A DNA stretch of 47,605 nucleotides from Actinomycetota bacterium (GTDB taxonomy: Bacteria; Actinomycetota; Thermoleophilia; Gaiellales; Gaiellaceae). A program made the position numbers and the translations under genes. This document shows, one piece after another, positions 8,553-16,519 of this stretch. The notes beneath the pieces were generated by a model. That model had not been told where the DNA came from. It worked only from the letters and a program-made list of their open reading frames with translations, and searched no databases. Numbering within the stretch: the stretch's first letter is position 1; each line of letters begins with the position of its first letter. The stretch is from the NCBI GenBank assembly GCA_013697465.1, contig JACCWU010000173.1, forward strand, positions 1 to 47,605, given 5' to 3'.

Positions 8553-9941
8553 CTACGAGAGCGGAGGGCGCCGCTCCGCCCACGGGCTCGCTTCCTCGAG
8601 CTGCGCAGCGAGCTGAAGGAGCTGAGCTTCCCCCGCCGGACGCCCGATAGCTTGCACTCCGATCGGCAACCCGTCCTCGCTCCAGTGCAGCGGCAAGGAC
8701 ATCGCCGGAAGGCCCGTGAGGTTTGCGACCGCCGTGAACGGGGTGAAGAGCGTATTCCGGCGAAGCTGCTCAACCGCGTCCTCGACCCCTTCTTCCTGCC
8801 ACCCGATGCGGACCGGCGGGAGCGCCAGCGTCGGGGTCAGGACGACGTCGAACGCGCTCCAGAAGGCGACGATGCGCCTCGCGGCTGTCTGGAGCTCGAT
8901 GACGGCCTTTGCATAGTCCACGGCTGACGTCGAGCGTGCGGACTCGGCAAGACCACGGTTGAGAGGCGTCAGAAGCGCCGGGTCGACCGGGACGAGAGCT
9001 GGGCTCACCTGCCAGACGGCGATGAAGTGGTCGATCAGGCTGGAGCCGGACCACCGCGGCGTCGCCTCCACGACTTCGTGGCCAAGCTCCTGGAGGAGCG
9101 CCGCCGCCGACGCGAGTCCCTCCGAGCATTCGGGGCGAACCGGAACGTCGATCGGGGGCACGTCCGTGACGGCGACACGGATTCTCCCCGGACGGAGAGC
9201 CGCTTCCTCGCTGAACGGCCGCCCAGGCGGCGACGCCCACCACGGATCGCCGGGCTCGTAGCCCGAAAGCACGTCGAGGAACGCCGCCGCGTCGGAGACG
9301 TAGCGCGAGATCGGCCCCGAGGTGGAGAGCCCCTCCAGCGACGAAAACGGCGCGGACGAGACACGGCCGCGGGCGGGCTTGATCCCGAAGACGCCGCAGC
9401 ACGACGCCGGAATGCGAATCGAGCCGCCGCCATCGGAGCCGTGCGCCAGTGGGACGAGTCCGGCGGCGACCGCAGCCGCGGCGCCCCCGCTCGAACCGCC
9501 TGGCGTCAGCTCCGAGTTCCACGGGTTGCGCGTGACGCCGTTCAGCTCCGACTCGGTGAAGGCGGTCGTGCCGAACTCCGGCGTGTTCGTCTTGCCGACG
9601 ATGACGAAGCCCGCCTCGCGGATTCGCCGCACGACCGCGGTGTCGAAGTCCGGGACGTAGTCCGCGAAGGCGCGGCACGAGTAGGTCGTCCTGATGCCCG
9701 CCGTCGCCGTGAGGTCCTTGATCGCGATCGGAACCCCCCGAAATGGAGCATCGTCCGCGCGCGCGTCTGCTGCCCGAGCGTCGGTGAGAGCCTCCTCCGA
9801 CCGGACCGTCACGAACGAGTTGAGCCCAGGGTCGAGCTGCTCGATCCGTTCGAGGTAGAGCTGGACGAGCTCGACCGACGACAGCTCGTCTTCGCGGATG
9901 AGTCGAGCCTGCTCCGCTGCCGGAAGGAACGCGACCTCCAT
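8553..9941 (-). CDS. Amidase-signature family amidase
   Basis: [42 protein letters not shown] is the amidase signature, with the catalytic Ser-cisSer-Lys context (IAIKD). Confidence 0.9.
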   Translation of the reverse strand: MEVAFLPAAEQARLIREDELSSVELVQLYLERIEQLDPGLNSFVTVRSEEALTDARAADARADDAPFRGVPIAIKDLTATAGIRTTYSCRAFADYVPDFDTAVVRRIREAGFVIVGKTNTPEFGTTAFTESELNGVTRNPWNSELTPGGSSGGAAAAVAAGLVPLAHGSDGGGSIRIPASCCGVFGIKPARGRVSSAPFSSLEGLSTSGPISRYVSDAAAFLDVLSGYEPGDPWWASPPGRPFSEEAALRPGRIRVAVTDVPPIDVPVRPECSEGLASAAALLQELGHEVVEATPRWSGSSLIDHFIAVWQVSPALVPVDPALLTPLNRGLAESARSTSAVDYAKAVIELQTAARRIVAFWSAFDVVLTPTLALPPVRIGWQEEGVEDAVEQLRRNTLFTPFTAVANLTGLPAMSLPLHWSEDGLPIGVQAIGRPAGEAQLLQLAAQLEEASPWAERRPPLS

Positions 9942-9948
9942 CGCGGCG

Positions 9949-9954
9949 ACGCTA
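9949..9954 (-). promoter_or_regulatory. Candidate -10 box TAGCGT (reverse strand), 7 nt before the amidase ATG at 9941
   Basis: The reverse strand reads TAGCGT-cgccgcg-ATG, inside the 24-nt gap after the upstream gene's stop. Confidence 0.45.
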
Positions 9955-9965
9955 ACAGCGCGGCG

Positions 9966-11107
9966 CTAGGGCGTCGGCACGCTCGGTCCGGTCCAGCGGT
10001 GGATGAGTCCTGAGCGACAGTCGAAGATGATCTCTGCGCTCGATGCGGCGAGCGCCAGGCCGGGGCTCGAGATGAGTAGGTTCAAGCGGTAGGCGGCGAC
10101 GCGCCTGCGTGCGCCCGCGAAGACCTCGGTCCTCGACATCCGTAGAGCACGAAGGGCCGATCCGGTCCAGCCGTCTCCCGCCGCGTACCTCGCCGTCACA
10201 AACCCTGCGATCGCTGTCCTCCCGATCAGCGGACGCTCCGTCGGCGGATAGGCGTGGAGGCGTCCGCGGAGTGCGAGGCGACCGGAGAAGCTCGCGCCGC
10301 GGCCCGCGTTGAAGGCCGAGAGCGCCGAGCGAAGCCGTTTCGAGGCTCGCTGTGCATCGCACTGCGAAGGCAGCCGGCCGGAAGCGGCACTCACCTTGAA
10401 GTCGGGCGTTAGAGCCCTCGCGTTCGGTCCGGCCCGGTCGCCTGACTCACTGGATCGCGAGCAGGCGACGATGGCGCTGCCCGGCGTCCAGCCGGTCGGC
10501 ACGGGACAGGAGGCGACGACCTCGCCCGCCGGAACGCGATCGCGCTCGTCCTGGCCCATGCTCCAGACGAAGATGCGCTGCGCAGGGCAGTCGATCTTGC
10601 CCTTGCCCTGCGCGTACTCCGCGAGCGAGCTCGGCAGATCGTCGGCGCTGCGGCGGATCGTGTATCCGATCCCGACAGCGCCCGGTCTCGAGCTCGACGC
10701 GATCCCGATGTTTACACTGATCAGCTCCCAGCGCTCATTCGCTTTGCGCCGCGTCGCGAAGTAGGGGAAGAGATCGACGCGGTCGTAGAAGACGCTATGT
10801 CGCCATGGGCCGTCCCCAGCGCGACCTTCGGTGACCGAGTACCAGCGAAACGCAAGGCCGGCCGGCTCGGGCGCTTACCCGGCGGGTCCTCGATCGCGAA
10901 GAGCCGATCGAGCGCCTTCATGTCGCCCGCGCCGACTGCGTCTGCGAGACGAACGAGAAGCTCCGCGGTCTCGCGGGGCGTGCATCCGCTCGGAAGGGAG
11001 CCAGAGTCCCGCGTCACGATGATCGGCTCGCCCGCGGCGGCTCTCGCCGACGCAAGCGCCGCGAGCAAGAGTGCCAGCGCGGCAGCGATACCCAATGCGC
11101 GTGCCAT
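9966..11107 (-). pseudogene. Secreted hypothetical protein gene interrupted by a frameshift near 10870-10880 (pseudogene or sequencing indel)
   Basis: ORF 10721..11107 begins with a clean signal peptide (MARALGIAAALALLLAALASARAAAGEP) and reads well to ...DRLFAIEDPPG. It then turns Ser/Arg-rich with low GC3. The -1 frame opens right after a TAA (revcomp of tta 10875-10877). That frame reads APEPAGLAFRWYSVTEGRAGDGPWRHSVFYDRVDLFPYFATRRKANERWELISVNIG... with high GC3 and runs into ORF 9966..10559. About 105 good-looking codons precede that ORF's first ATG, with no ATG/GTG/TTG among them. Confidence 0.55.
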
Positions 11108-11114
11108 TCCGAGG

Positions 11115-11187
11115 TGGCGAGGGCCGGAATCGAACCGGCGACACCACGGTTTTCAGCCGTGTGCTCTACCGACTGAGCTACCTCGCC
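11115..11187 (-). tRNA. tRNA-Phe (anticodon GAA)
   Basis: The reverse strand reads GGCGAGGTAGCTCAGTCGGTAGAGCACACGGCTGAAAACCGTGGTGTCGCCGGTTCGATTCCGGCCCTCGCCA. It has a 7-bp acceptor stem (GGCGAGG/CCTCGCC), a D-loop AGCTCAGTCGGTAGAGC, anticodon loop CT-GAA-AA and a T-arm GGTTCGATTCC. CCA is not fully encoded (ACCT follows). Confidence 0.9.
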
Positions 11188-11212
11188 GCGGCGACCCAGT
11201 GTACCGCCGGTC

Positions 11213-11587
11213 TTACGACTTGACCGCGAAGAGAAAAGCCAGCGCCATCCGCCAGGTGCCACGGCCCTCCTCCACCAGCGGGCGGAGATGTGCTGTGAAC
11301 CGTTCCTGCTCCTCGGGTGTCAGCGCTTGCTCCATGGCCTCGGCCAGCGTCGGGATGCGAGGACTCCCGGCGCTCGCGAGCATGCCACTCCAGCTCTGCG
11401 GCTCGCTGGCCGTAATTTCGGCGTCGAGGCGGAGGTGGATCGGAAAGAAGCCGGCGCGGCCGGCGAGCTCGACGAGGTCGCGCTCGTCGAAGTTCAGCAT
11501 TGGGTCCGAGCCCGGTGGCTGGATCGCGTCGTAAACGGCACGGACCTTCTGCGAGACGTCGGGGATCGCGCTCAGGTCATAGCCCAT
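11213..11587 (-). CDS. C-terminal part of (or small partner to) the upstream SAM-dependent methyltransferase
   Basis: 124-aa ORF with high GC3. Its frame stays open and protein-like upstream of its ATG (..DFARTNTDTWMGYDLSAIPDV..). It overlaps the stop of 11577..12080 by 11 nt. See the finding on a possible frameshift. Confidence 0.55.
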   Translation of the reverse strand: MGYDLSAIPDVSQKVRAVYDAIQPPGSDPMLNFDERDLVELAGRAGFFPIHLRLDAEITASEPQSWSGMLASAGSPRIPTLAEAMEQALTPEEQERFTAHLRPLVEEGRGTWRMALAFLFAVKS

Positions 11588-12080
11588 CCATGTGTCGGTG
11601 TTCGTCCGAGCGAAATCGGTTGATGGGCTCGAAGAGCGAGATGCGCCCTCCCGGTCGGAGCACCCGGGCGAACTCGTGCAGCGCCGACTCCTTGTCCGCG
11701 ACGTAGATGAGAACCGAGCGAGTGGTCACGACGTCGACGGATCCGTCCTGCAGAGCGCTGAGATCGTCTGCGGCCGCATGGACGAACCGGCACCGCTCGA
11801 GCACGTTCAACTCAGTTGCGACCTCGCGGCAGACATCGAGGAGGTCGTGCGAGATGTCTGCGAAGAGAACGGTGCCGGCGCCGCGTTCGAGTGCTCCGAG
11901 GCCGATCAGGCCCTCTCCGCAGCCGACGTCGAGCAAAGTCTCGCCTTCCGAGAGGCCGGCGTTCTCGAGGACCGAGTCACGCCACCGCGTCAGCCGCTCG
12001 AGACCGCCACGGCGTTCGTCCGGAGCGCCGCCAGGGCGTTTCTCAGCTAGCCACTCGGCCCAGCAATCCTTCCCTGTCAT
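11577..12080 (-). CDS. Class I SAM-dependent methyltransferase (N-terminal catalytic part)
   Basis: Motif I LLDVGCGEGLIGLGAL, post-I FADIS, motif II VDVVTTRSVLIYV, motif III LRPGGRISLFEP. Confidence 0.75.
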   Translation of the reverse strand: MTGKDCWAEWLAEKRPGGAPDERRGGLERLTRWRDSVLENAGLSEGETLLDVGCGEGLIGLGALERGAGTVLFADISHDLLDVCREVATELNVLERCRFVHAAADDLSALQDGSVDVVTTRSVLIYVADKESALHEFARVLRPGGRISLFEPINRFRSDEHRHMDGL

Positions 12081-12088
12081 GAGCGGCG

Positions 12089-12094
12089 AGACTA
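12089..12094 (-). promoter_or_regulatory. Candidate -10 box TAGTCT (reverse strand), 8 nt before the methyltransferase ATG at 12080
   Basis: The reverse strand reads TAGTCT-cgccgctc-ATG, inside a 48-nt divergent spacer. Confidence 0.4.
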
Positions 12095-12114
12095 GCGTTC
12101 TCCGCGACAGCCGT

Positions 12115-12120
12115 TACTGT
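12115..12120 (+). promoter_or_regulatory. Candidate -10 box TACTGT, 8 nt before the arginase GTG at 12129
   Basis: TACTGT-tccgcgcc-GTG. An alternative TAGCGT at 12093-12098 would give a leader of about 24 nt. Confidence 0.35.
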
Positions 12121-12128
12121 TCCGCGCC

Positions 12129-13034
12129 GTGGGCGAGCCGCAGCGGGAGATCGCGATCATCGGCGCCGCCCTCGACCTCGGGCAAGGTCGTCGGGGGGTC
12201 GACATGGGGCCGTCCGCGATCCGCGCAGCGGGTCTCGAGGAGCGGCTCGCGAGCCTCGGTTACCGCGTTCGGGATCACGGCAACGTCGAGACGGCCGTTC
12301 CGGAGGCGACCGCGCTGCGTGACGAGCGGGCCCGCTTCCTCCCGGAGATCATCGAGACGTGCGAGCGGATCGCCGCGAAGGTCGCCGAGGAAGCGCAGAA
12401 GAAGGCGATCCCGCTGGTTCTCGGCGGCGATCACTCGGTCGCCCTCGGAACGCTTGGCGGCCTCGCCTCGGTGCACGGGCCGGGTGGTGTTCTCTGGATT
12501 GACGCGCACTCCGACGTGAACACGCCCGTGACGAGCCCGAGCGGGAACGTCCACGGGATGCCGCTCGCGGCCGCTCTCGGACTGGCGGGCGAGGGCTTCG
12601 AGAGCGAGGCGTGGCCGCTGCCGGCAGTCACCGCCAAGCGGGTTGCGCTTCTCGGAGCTCGCCAGCTCGACGCGGGAGAACGTCGTCTGCTGCGCGAGGC
12701 CGGCGTACGCGTCTTCACCATGAGCGAGATCGACCGCATCGGGGTCGAGCGCGCTGTTCGCGAAGCACTCGATCGCGTCAGCGGTGGCGGCTTCGTCCAC
12801 GTGTCGCTCGACATGGACGCGCTCGATCCGGAAATCGCCCCGGGGGTCGGGACGCCTGTGCGGGGAGGTTTGACCTATCGCGAGGCACACCTTCTGCTCG
12901 AGCTCGTAGCCGAGTCCGAGCTTGCCGGATCGCTCGAGGTGGTCGAGGTCAACCCGATCCTCGACCGCGAGAACACGACGGCGCAGACAGCCGTCGAGCT
13001 CGTCGCGAGCGCGCTGGGCAAGACGATCTTCTAG
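12129..13034 (+). CDS. rocF: Arginase
   Basis: IAIIGAALDLGQGRRGVDMGPSAIRAAGL..., LGGDHSVALG, WIDAHSDVNTP..SPSGNVHGMPLA, SLDMDALDP and GGLTYREAH. Full ureohydrolase Mn-binding motif set with an arginase-type N-terminus. Confidence 0.9.
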   Translation: MGEPQREIAIIGAALDLGQGRRGVDMGPSAIRAAGLEERLASLGYRVRDHGNVETAVPEATALRDERARFLPEIIETCERIAAKVAEEAQKKAIPLVLGGDHSVALGTLGGLASVHGPGGVLWIDAHSDVNTPVTSPSGNVHGMPLAAALGLAGEGFESEAWPLPAVTAKRVALLGARQLDAGERRLLREAGVRVFTMSEIDRIGVERAVREALDRVSGGGFVHVSLDMDALDPEIAPGVGTPVRGGLTYREAHLLLELVAESELAGSLEVVEVNPILDRENTTAQTAVELVASALGKTIF

Positions 13035-13083
13035 ATACGGCCCCGCGTGCGAGCGGGTCTCGACGGAACCCTGGGTTCCCGCG

Positions 13084-14088
13084 CTAGAACTGCGGGATGA
13101 TCTTCTCGCCGTAGGCGGCGAGCGTCTCCTCCTGGCCGTGGGTCATGAGGTAGATGTTGAACTGGTCGACGCCGACCGACTCGAGCTCCTTCAGCTTCTC
13201 GGCCGCCTGCTCCGCGTTGCCGAGGACGCAGAAGCGGTCGCAGATCTCGTCGGTGACGAACTCGCCGTGCTTTGCGCCGACGCGTGAGTGCTCCTCGTAG
13301 TCGTAGAACTTCCGCGCACGGACGAACTCGGTGAGCTCCTTCGGGATCTCGGACTCGAAGCCGTAGCGCTCGATCAGGTCCATCACGTGGTTGGACACCA
13401 TCGCCGGGAACCAGCGGACCTGCTCGCGCGCGTCCGCGATGTCGTCCGAGATATGGCTCGGAGCGCACACGATGCACTGGAGGGCATCCGGGTCGCGACC
13501 GGCCTCCTCGGCGGACCGGCGGGCGGTGTCCATGATCCACTCGACGATCACGGGATCGGCGAGCTGGATGACCACGCCGTCGCCGACGCGGCCCGCGACG
13601 GCGAGCGCCTTGGGCCCGTAGCCGGCCACCCACATCGGGATCTCGGGCAGCTCGGGGCGCACCCACTTGAGCTCGAGCTCCTTGTCGTTCCACTCGACGG
13701 GTCGCCCGTTCATGAACTCCTTGATCATCGCGAGCCGTCGCTCGAACTCCGCGACCCTCACCGGCTGCTGGCCGATGGTGCGCCGTGCCGAGTCGCCGCG
13801 CCCGATCCCCATCACCATCCGTCCGTCGGAGATGTCGTGCAGAGTCGCGTAGCCGCTTGCGAGGACGGTCGGATCGCGCGTCCCGGGGTTCGTCACGCAA
13901 TGCCCCAGCTTCATCGTCGAGGTTGCTTGGGCCGCGAGCGTGAGGAGCGGAAACGACTCCTGCCAAAGAAGGTGCGAGTCGTACGTCCACCCGTACTCGA
14001 AGCCGTGGGACTCGGCGAGCCGAAGCAGCTCGACGAGCCGGACGGGTGGGGGGTCGGGCAGGACGGTGACTCCGAAGCTCAAGGACAT
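13084..14088 (-). CDS. Luciferase-like (LLM-class) flavin/F420-dependent oxidoreductase, Mer-like
   Basis: MSLSFGVTVLPD...AESHGFEYGWTYDSHLLWQE...KLGHCVTNPGTRDPTVLASGYATLHDISDGRMVMGIGRGDSA...VAGYGPKALAVAGRVGDGVVIQ. This is a bacterial luciferase-family TIM barrel resembling methylene-H4MPT reductase-type proteins. The cofactor assignment is inference. Confidence 0.85.
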   Translation of the reverse strand: MSLSFGVTVLPDPPPVRLVELLRLAESHGFEYGWTYDSHLLWQESFPLLTLAAQATSTMKLGHCVTNPGTRDPTVLASGYATLHDISDGRMVMGIGRGDSARRTIGQQPVRVAEFERRLAMIKEFMNGRPVEWNDKELELKWVRPELPEIPMWVAGYGPKALAVAGRVGDGVVIQLADPVIVEWIMDTARRSAEEAGRDPDALQCIVCAPSHISDDIADAREQVRWFPAMVSNHVMDLIERYGFESEIPKELTEFVRARKFYDYEEHSRVGAKHGEFVTDEICDRFCVLGNAEQAAEKLKELESVGVDQFNIYLMTHGQEETLAAYGEKIIPQF

Positions 14089-14139
14089 GGGCTCTCCAGG
14101 CTGGATCGGGGAACGCGGGGATTATCCGCGGATTCGCAT

Positions 14140-14469
14140 GTGATTGCCAGGGAACCCGGTGCGCGGGGCGGATCCGGCGCCGTGCTCTTCGCATTCGTCC
14201 TGTTCGGCCTGGCCGCGGAGCGATGCTCCCGATTCAGGCGGGCGTCAACTCGCAGCTCGCCGACCATCTCGACAGCCCGCTCCGCGCCTCGTGCACCCCG
14301 GCTGGGAGCGGTGACCCTTATCGGCGTCGTCATGGCGGGCCAGGCACTCGCCTCGCATGTCGTGGACCACTTCGGCATGGTCGGCTTCGCCGCTCACCCG
14401 GTGACAGGGGGACGCATCGTCGGCCAGGTTCTGATCGCCTGCGGCGTGCTCTTCGTGCGGCTGTTCTAG
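14140..14469 (+). pseudogene. Remnant or remodelled DUF606 (YdcZ-like DMT) membrane protein gene
   Basis: DUF606-like pieces lie in two frames. AVLFAFVLFGLAA is in the frame of 14140. MLPIQAGVNSQLADHLDSPLRAS is in the frame of 14223. PRLGAVTLIGVVMAGQALASHVVDHFGMVGFAAHPVTGGRIVGQVLIACGVLFV is back in the first frame. About 60 codons normally between ..SPL.A.. and PRLGA are missing. The 14140 frame nevertheless stays open for 109 codons. Confidence 0.45.
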
Positions 14470-14497
14470 AGAGTCAAGGACAATTACGAATCGCCTC

Positions 14498-15058
14498 GTG
14501 GCCGAACACGATGCCAGCATGATCCGCGACTGGTCGGGCGAGCGACAGGCTCGCGAGCTCAGACATTGGCCTACTCTCGTCTACCTCGCCGAGCGTGTCG
14601 CGCGGAGCGAGCATCTCGACGCGCTCATCGTCATCGGCTCGTTCGCCAAGGGTCACGCCGATGAGGCAAGTGACCTTGACCTTCTGATCGCCGTGTCCGA
14701 AGGTCGTTTTCCAGAAGCATGGGATCGACGGAGGGAGCTAGAGACGCGCGACGCTCTCGTCGCCTGGGACTTTCGGCCTGAACCTCATAAGCTCATTGGC
14801 ACGCGAAAGTTCTTGACGCGCGACATGATCAAGGTCGAACTCCAACTCAGCGACGCCTCCGCGGCCGGCGCGGTACTCGCCGAACCGCACCACGTGCTGA
14901 TAGGTGAGGACTCCATAACGGAGCGGTACGCGCAGGTGGAGCCGATCCCGCCGGAAGTCCTATCCGAGTACGCGCAGAGGATTCGAGACGAAGGACTCGT
15001 CCCGGAGGTCGAGTCTCGCTACAGCGAACTCATGGAGGCGATCAGGCGCGCCCGTTGA
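14498..15058 (+). CDS. Pol-beta-superfamily nucleotidyltransferase domain protein
   Basis: LDALIVIGSFAKGHADEASDLDLLIAV is the GS-x(9-10)-DLDL minimal nucleotidyltransferase motif, followed by a helical C-terminal half. Local GC is visibly lower (57-60% in the two 60-nt lines I counted) than the surroundings. Confidence 0.75.
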   Translation: MAEHDASMIRDWSGERQARELRHWPTLVYLAERVARSEHLDALIVIGSFAKGHADEASDLDLLIAVSEGRFPEAWDRRRELETRDALVAWDFRPEPHKLIGTRKFLTRDMIKVELQLSDASAAGAVLAEPHHVLIGEDSITERYAQVEPIPPEVLSEYAQRIRDEGLVPEVESRYSELMEAIRRAR

Positions 15059-15209
15059 GGCTCTGAAACGCTGAGCGATCACTCCTGCTCAACCGAGCAC
15101 GTGCACCAGTGAGGGCGTTTTTGTGAACCCAAGACCGAGGTCAGGCTGAAGCCGGACCCCAGGCGCCGCGGGAAGCGAACGCCACTGCCCCCGACCCCAG
15201 CCACCGTTG

Positions 15210-16460
15210 TCAGCGACCGCCGCCGGCTGCCACCCAGTCGATCGTCTTGGAGGCAAGGCGGTCGAGGGCTGCGACCGCGAGCTCGAGGTGTTCCTCCTTC
15301 GTGTCTTCGAGCTTCGTGTGCGAGAGGCCCCGGAGGCTCTGCACGAAGAGCATCACCGTCGGCACTCCCGCGCGTGACACTTCGGCCGCGTCGTGCAGGG
15401 GGCCGGAGGGTAGCCGGTGCGCGGTGTCCGTCACCTCCCGGATCGCGTCCTCGCAGAAGCCGAGCAGCGTCTCGTCGAAGAGGATCGGCTCGATCGACCA
15501 GATCCGCTCGAACTCGACTTCGACCCTTTCCTCGCTCGCAAATCGCTCGCTTGCTTTCTTGGCCTGCGCGAGCATCGACGCGAGCCTCTCCGCATCGAGG
15601 TGACGCTGGTCGAGAAGCTGCTCGGCGGTCTCGACGACGGAGGTGACGATCCCGGGTCGGCACACGACGCCGCCCGAGGTGCAGACGGCGCCGTCTCCGG
15701 TGCGGCCTGCGATCTCGCGGATCTCGAGCGCGAGCTTCGCCGCACCGGCAAGTGCGTCTCTTCGCTTATCCATCGGGGTCGAGCCGGCGTGCGCCGCTTG
15801 TCCGCGCCAGGTGACGCGGTGGCGCTCGACGCCGAAGGTCCCGAGCACCACGCCGAGAGGCAGGTCGAGCGACTCGAGGACAGGGCCCTGCTCGATGTGC
15901 AGCTCGAGGTAGGCCGCGGCTGAGTCGAGCTGGCCGCGCGATTCGAGAGCGCGGTCGAGATCGACGCCGTGCTCCGCGAGCGCGTCCGGTAGAGAGACCC
16001 CTTCCCGGTCCGTGAGAGCACGCAGCTCGTCTTGGTCGGCCATCGATCCCGCGGCCGCACTCGAGCCGAAGAGGCTGCGGCCGAAGCGCGCGCCTTCCTC
16101 GTCCGCCCAGTTGACGAGGCGGATCGTGACGGGCGACGCTCCCTCGCCGGCAACTCTCCGCAGCACCTCGATCCCGGCAACGACGTTCAGCGCTCCGTCG
16201 AGCCAGCCGCCGTTCGGAACGGAGTCGATGTGCCCACCGATCAAGACCGCTCGCTCGGACGTTCCTCGAAGTGTGAACCACTGGTTGCCGGCGTCGTCGA
16301 TCTCCTCCTCTGCGCCGGTCTCTGCGACCGTCTCCCGCAGCCAGGCGCGCGCCTTCTCCCAGGTTTCGGTCCAGGCGACTCGCTGTGCTCCGTTCTCGTC
16401 TCCGGTGAGCTCACGGAGCTGCTTCAACTCGGCAACGGTGCGCCTGGGATAGAGTGGCAC
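15210..16460 (-). CDS. M20-family amidohydrolase of the N-carbamoyl-amino-acid / beta-ureidopropionase / allantoate amidohydrolase group (HyuC/AmaB-like)
   Basis: GDENGAQRVAWT...AGNQWFTLRG...VLIGGHIDSVPNGGWLDGALNVVAGIEVLR...GSTPM..RRDAL is characteristic of the AmaB/HyuC/AllC clade. GTG start. Confidence 0.9.
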   Translation of the reverse strand: MPLYPRRTVAELKQLRELTGDENGAQRVAWTETWEKARAWLRETVAETGAEEEIDDAGNQWFTLRGTSERAVLIGGHIDSVPNGGWLDGALNVVAGIEVLRRVAGEGASPVTIRLVNWADEEGARFGRSLFGSSAAAGSMADQDELRALTDREGVSLPDALAEHGVDLDRALESRGQLDSAAAYLELHIEQGPVLESLDLPLGVVLGTFGVERHRVTWRGQAAHAGSTPMDKRRDALAGAAKLALEIREIAGRTGDGAVCTSGGVVCRPGIVTSVVETAEQLLDQRHLDAERLASMLAQAKKASERFASEERVEVEFERIWSIEPILFDETLLGFCEDAIREVTDTAHRLPSGPLHDAAEVSRAGVPTVMLFVQSLRGLSHTKLEDTKEEHLELAVAALDRLASKTIDWVAAGGGR

Positions 16461-16466
16461 CGCGCG

Positions 16467-16472
16467 AGCTTA
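16467..16472 (-). promoter_or_regulatory. Candidate -10 box TAAGCT (reverse strand), 6 nt before the GTG at 16460
   Basis: The reverse strand reads TAAGCT-cgcgcg-GTG. Confidence 0.45.
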
Positions 16473-16519
16473 TCCCGTCGCTCCTCCGCTCCTCAACGGG
16501 TGTGGTGGAATGTCAGCTG

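Noticed and set aside
10860-10890. Programmed ribosomal frameshifting as an explanation for the broken secreted-protein gene
   Set aside because: There is no X-XXY-YYZ slippery heptamer or downstream pseudoknot-like structure at the frame junction. An indel (mutation or sequencing error) is the simpler explanation.
14124-14133. ATCCGCGGAT palindrome resembling the centre of repeat hairpin 1, in the LLM/DUF606 divergent spacer
   Set aside because: It is only 10 nt, with no flanking similarity to the repeat family. Such GC-rich palindromes are expected by chance in this composition. Noted only as a possible shared protein-binding half-site.
15140-15185. Possible fifth copy of the intergenic repeat (GGCTGAAGCCGG resembles the CCCTGAAGCCGG core)
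   Set aside because: Only the roughly 10-nt core is similar. Hairpin 1 (GGAATCCGCG..CGCGGATTCC) is absent, there is no co-linear hairpin 2, and the flanks do not align.
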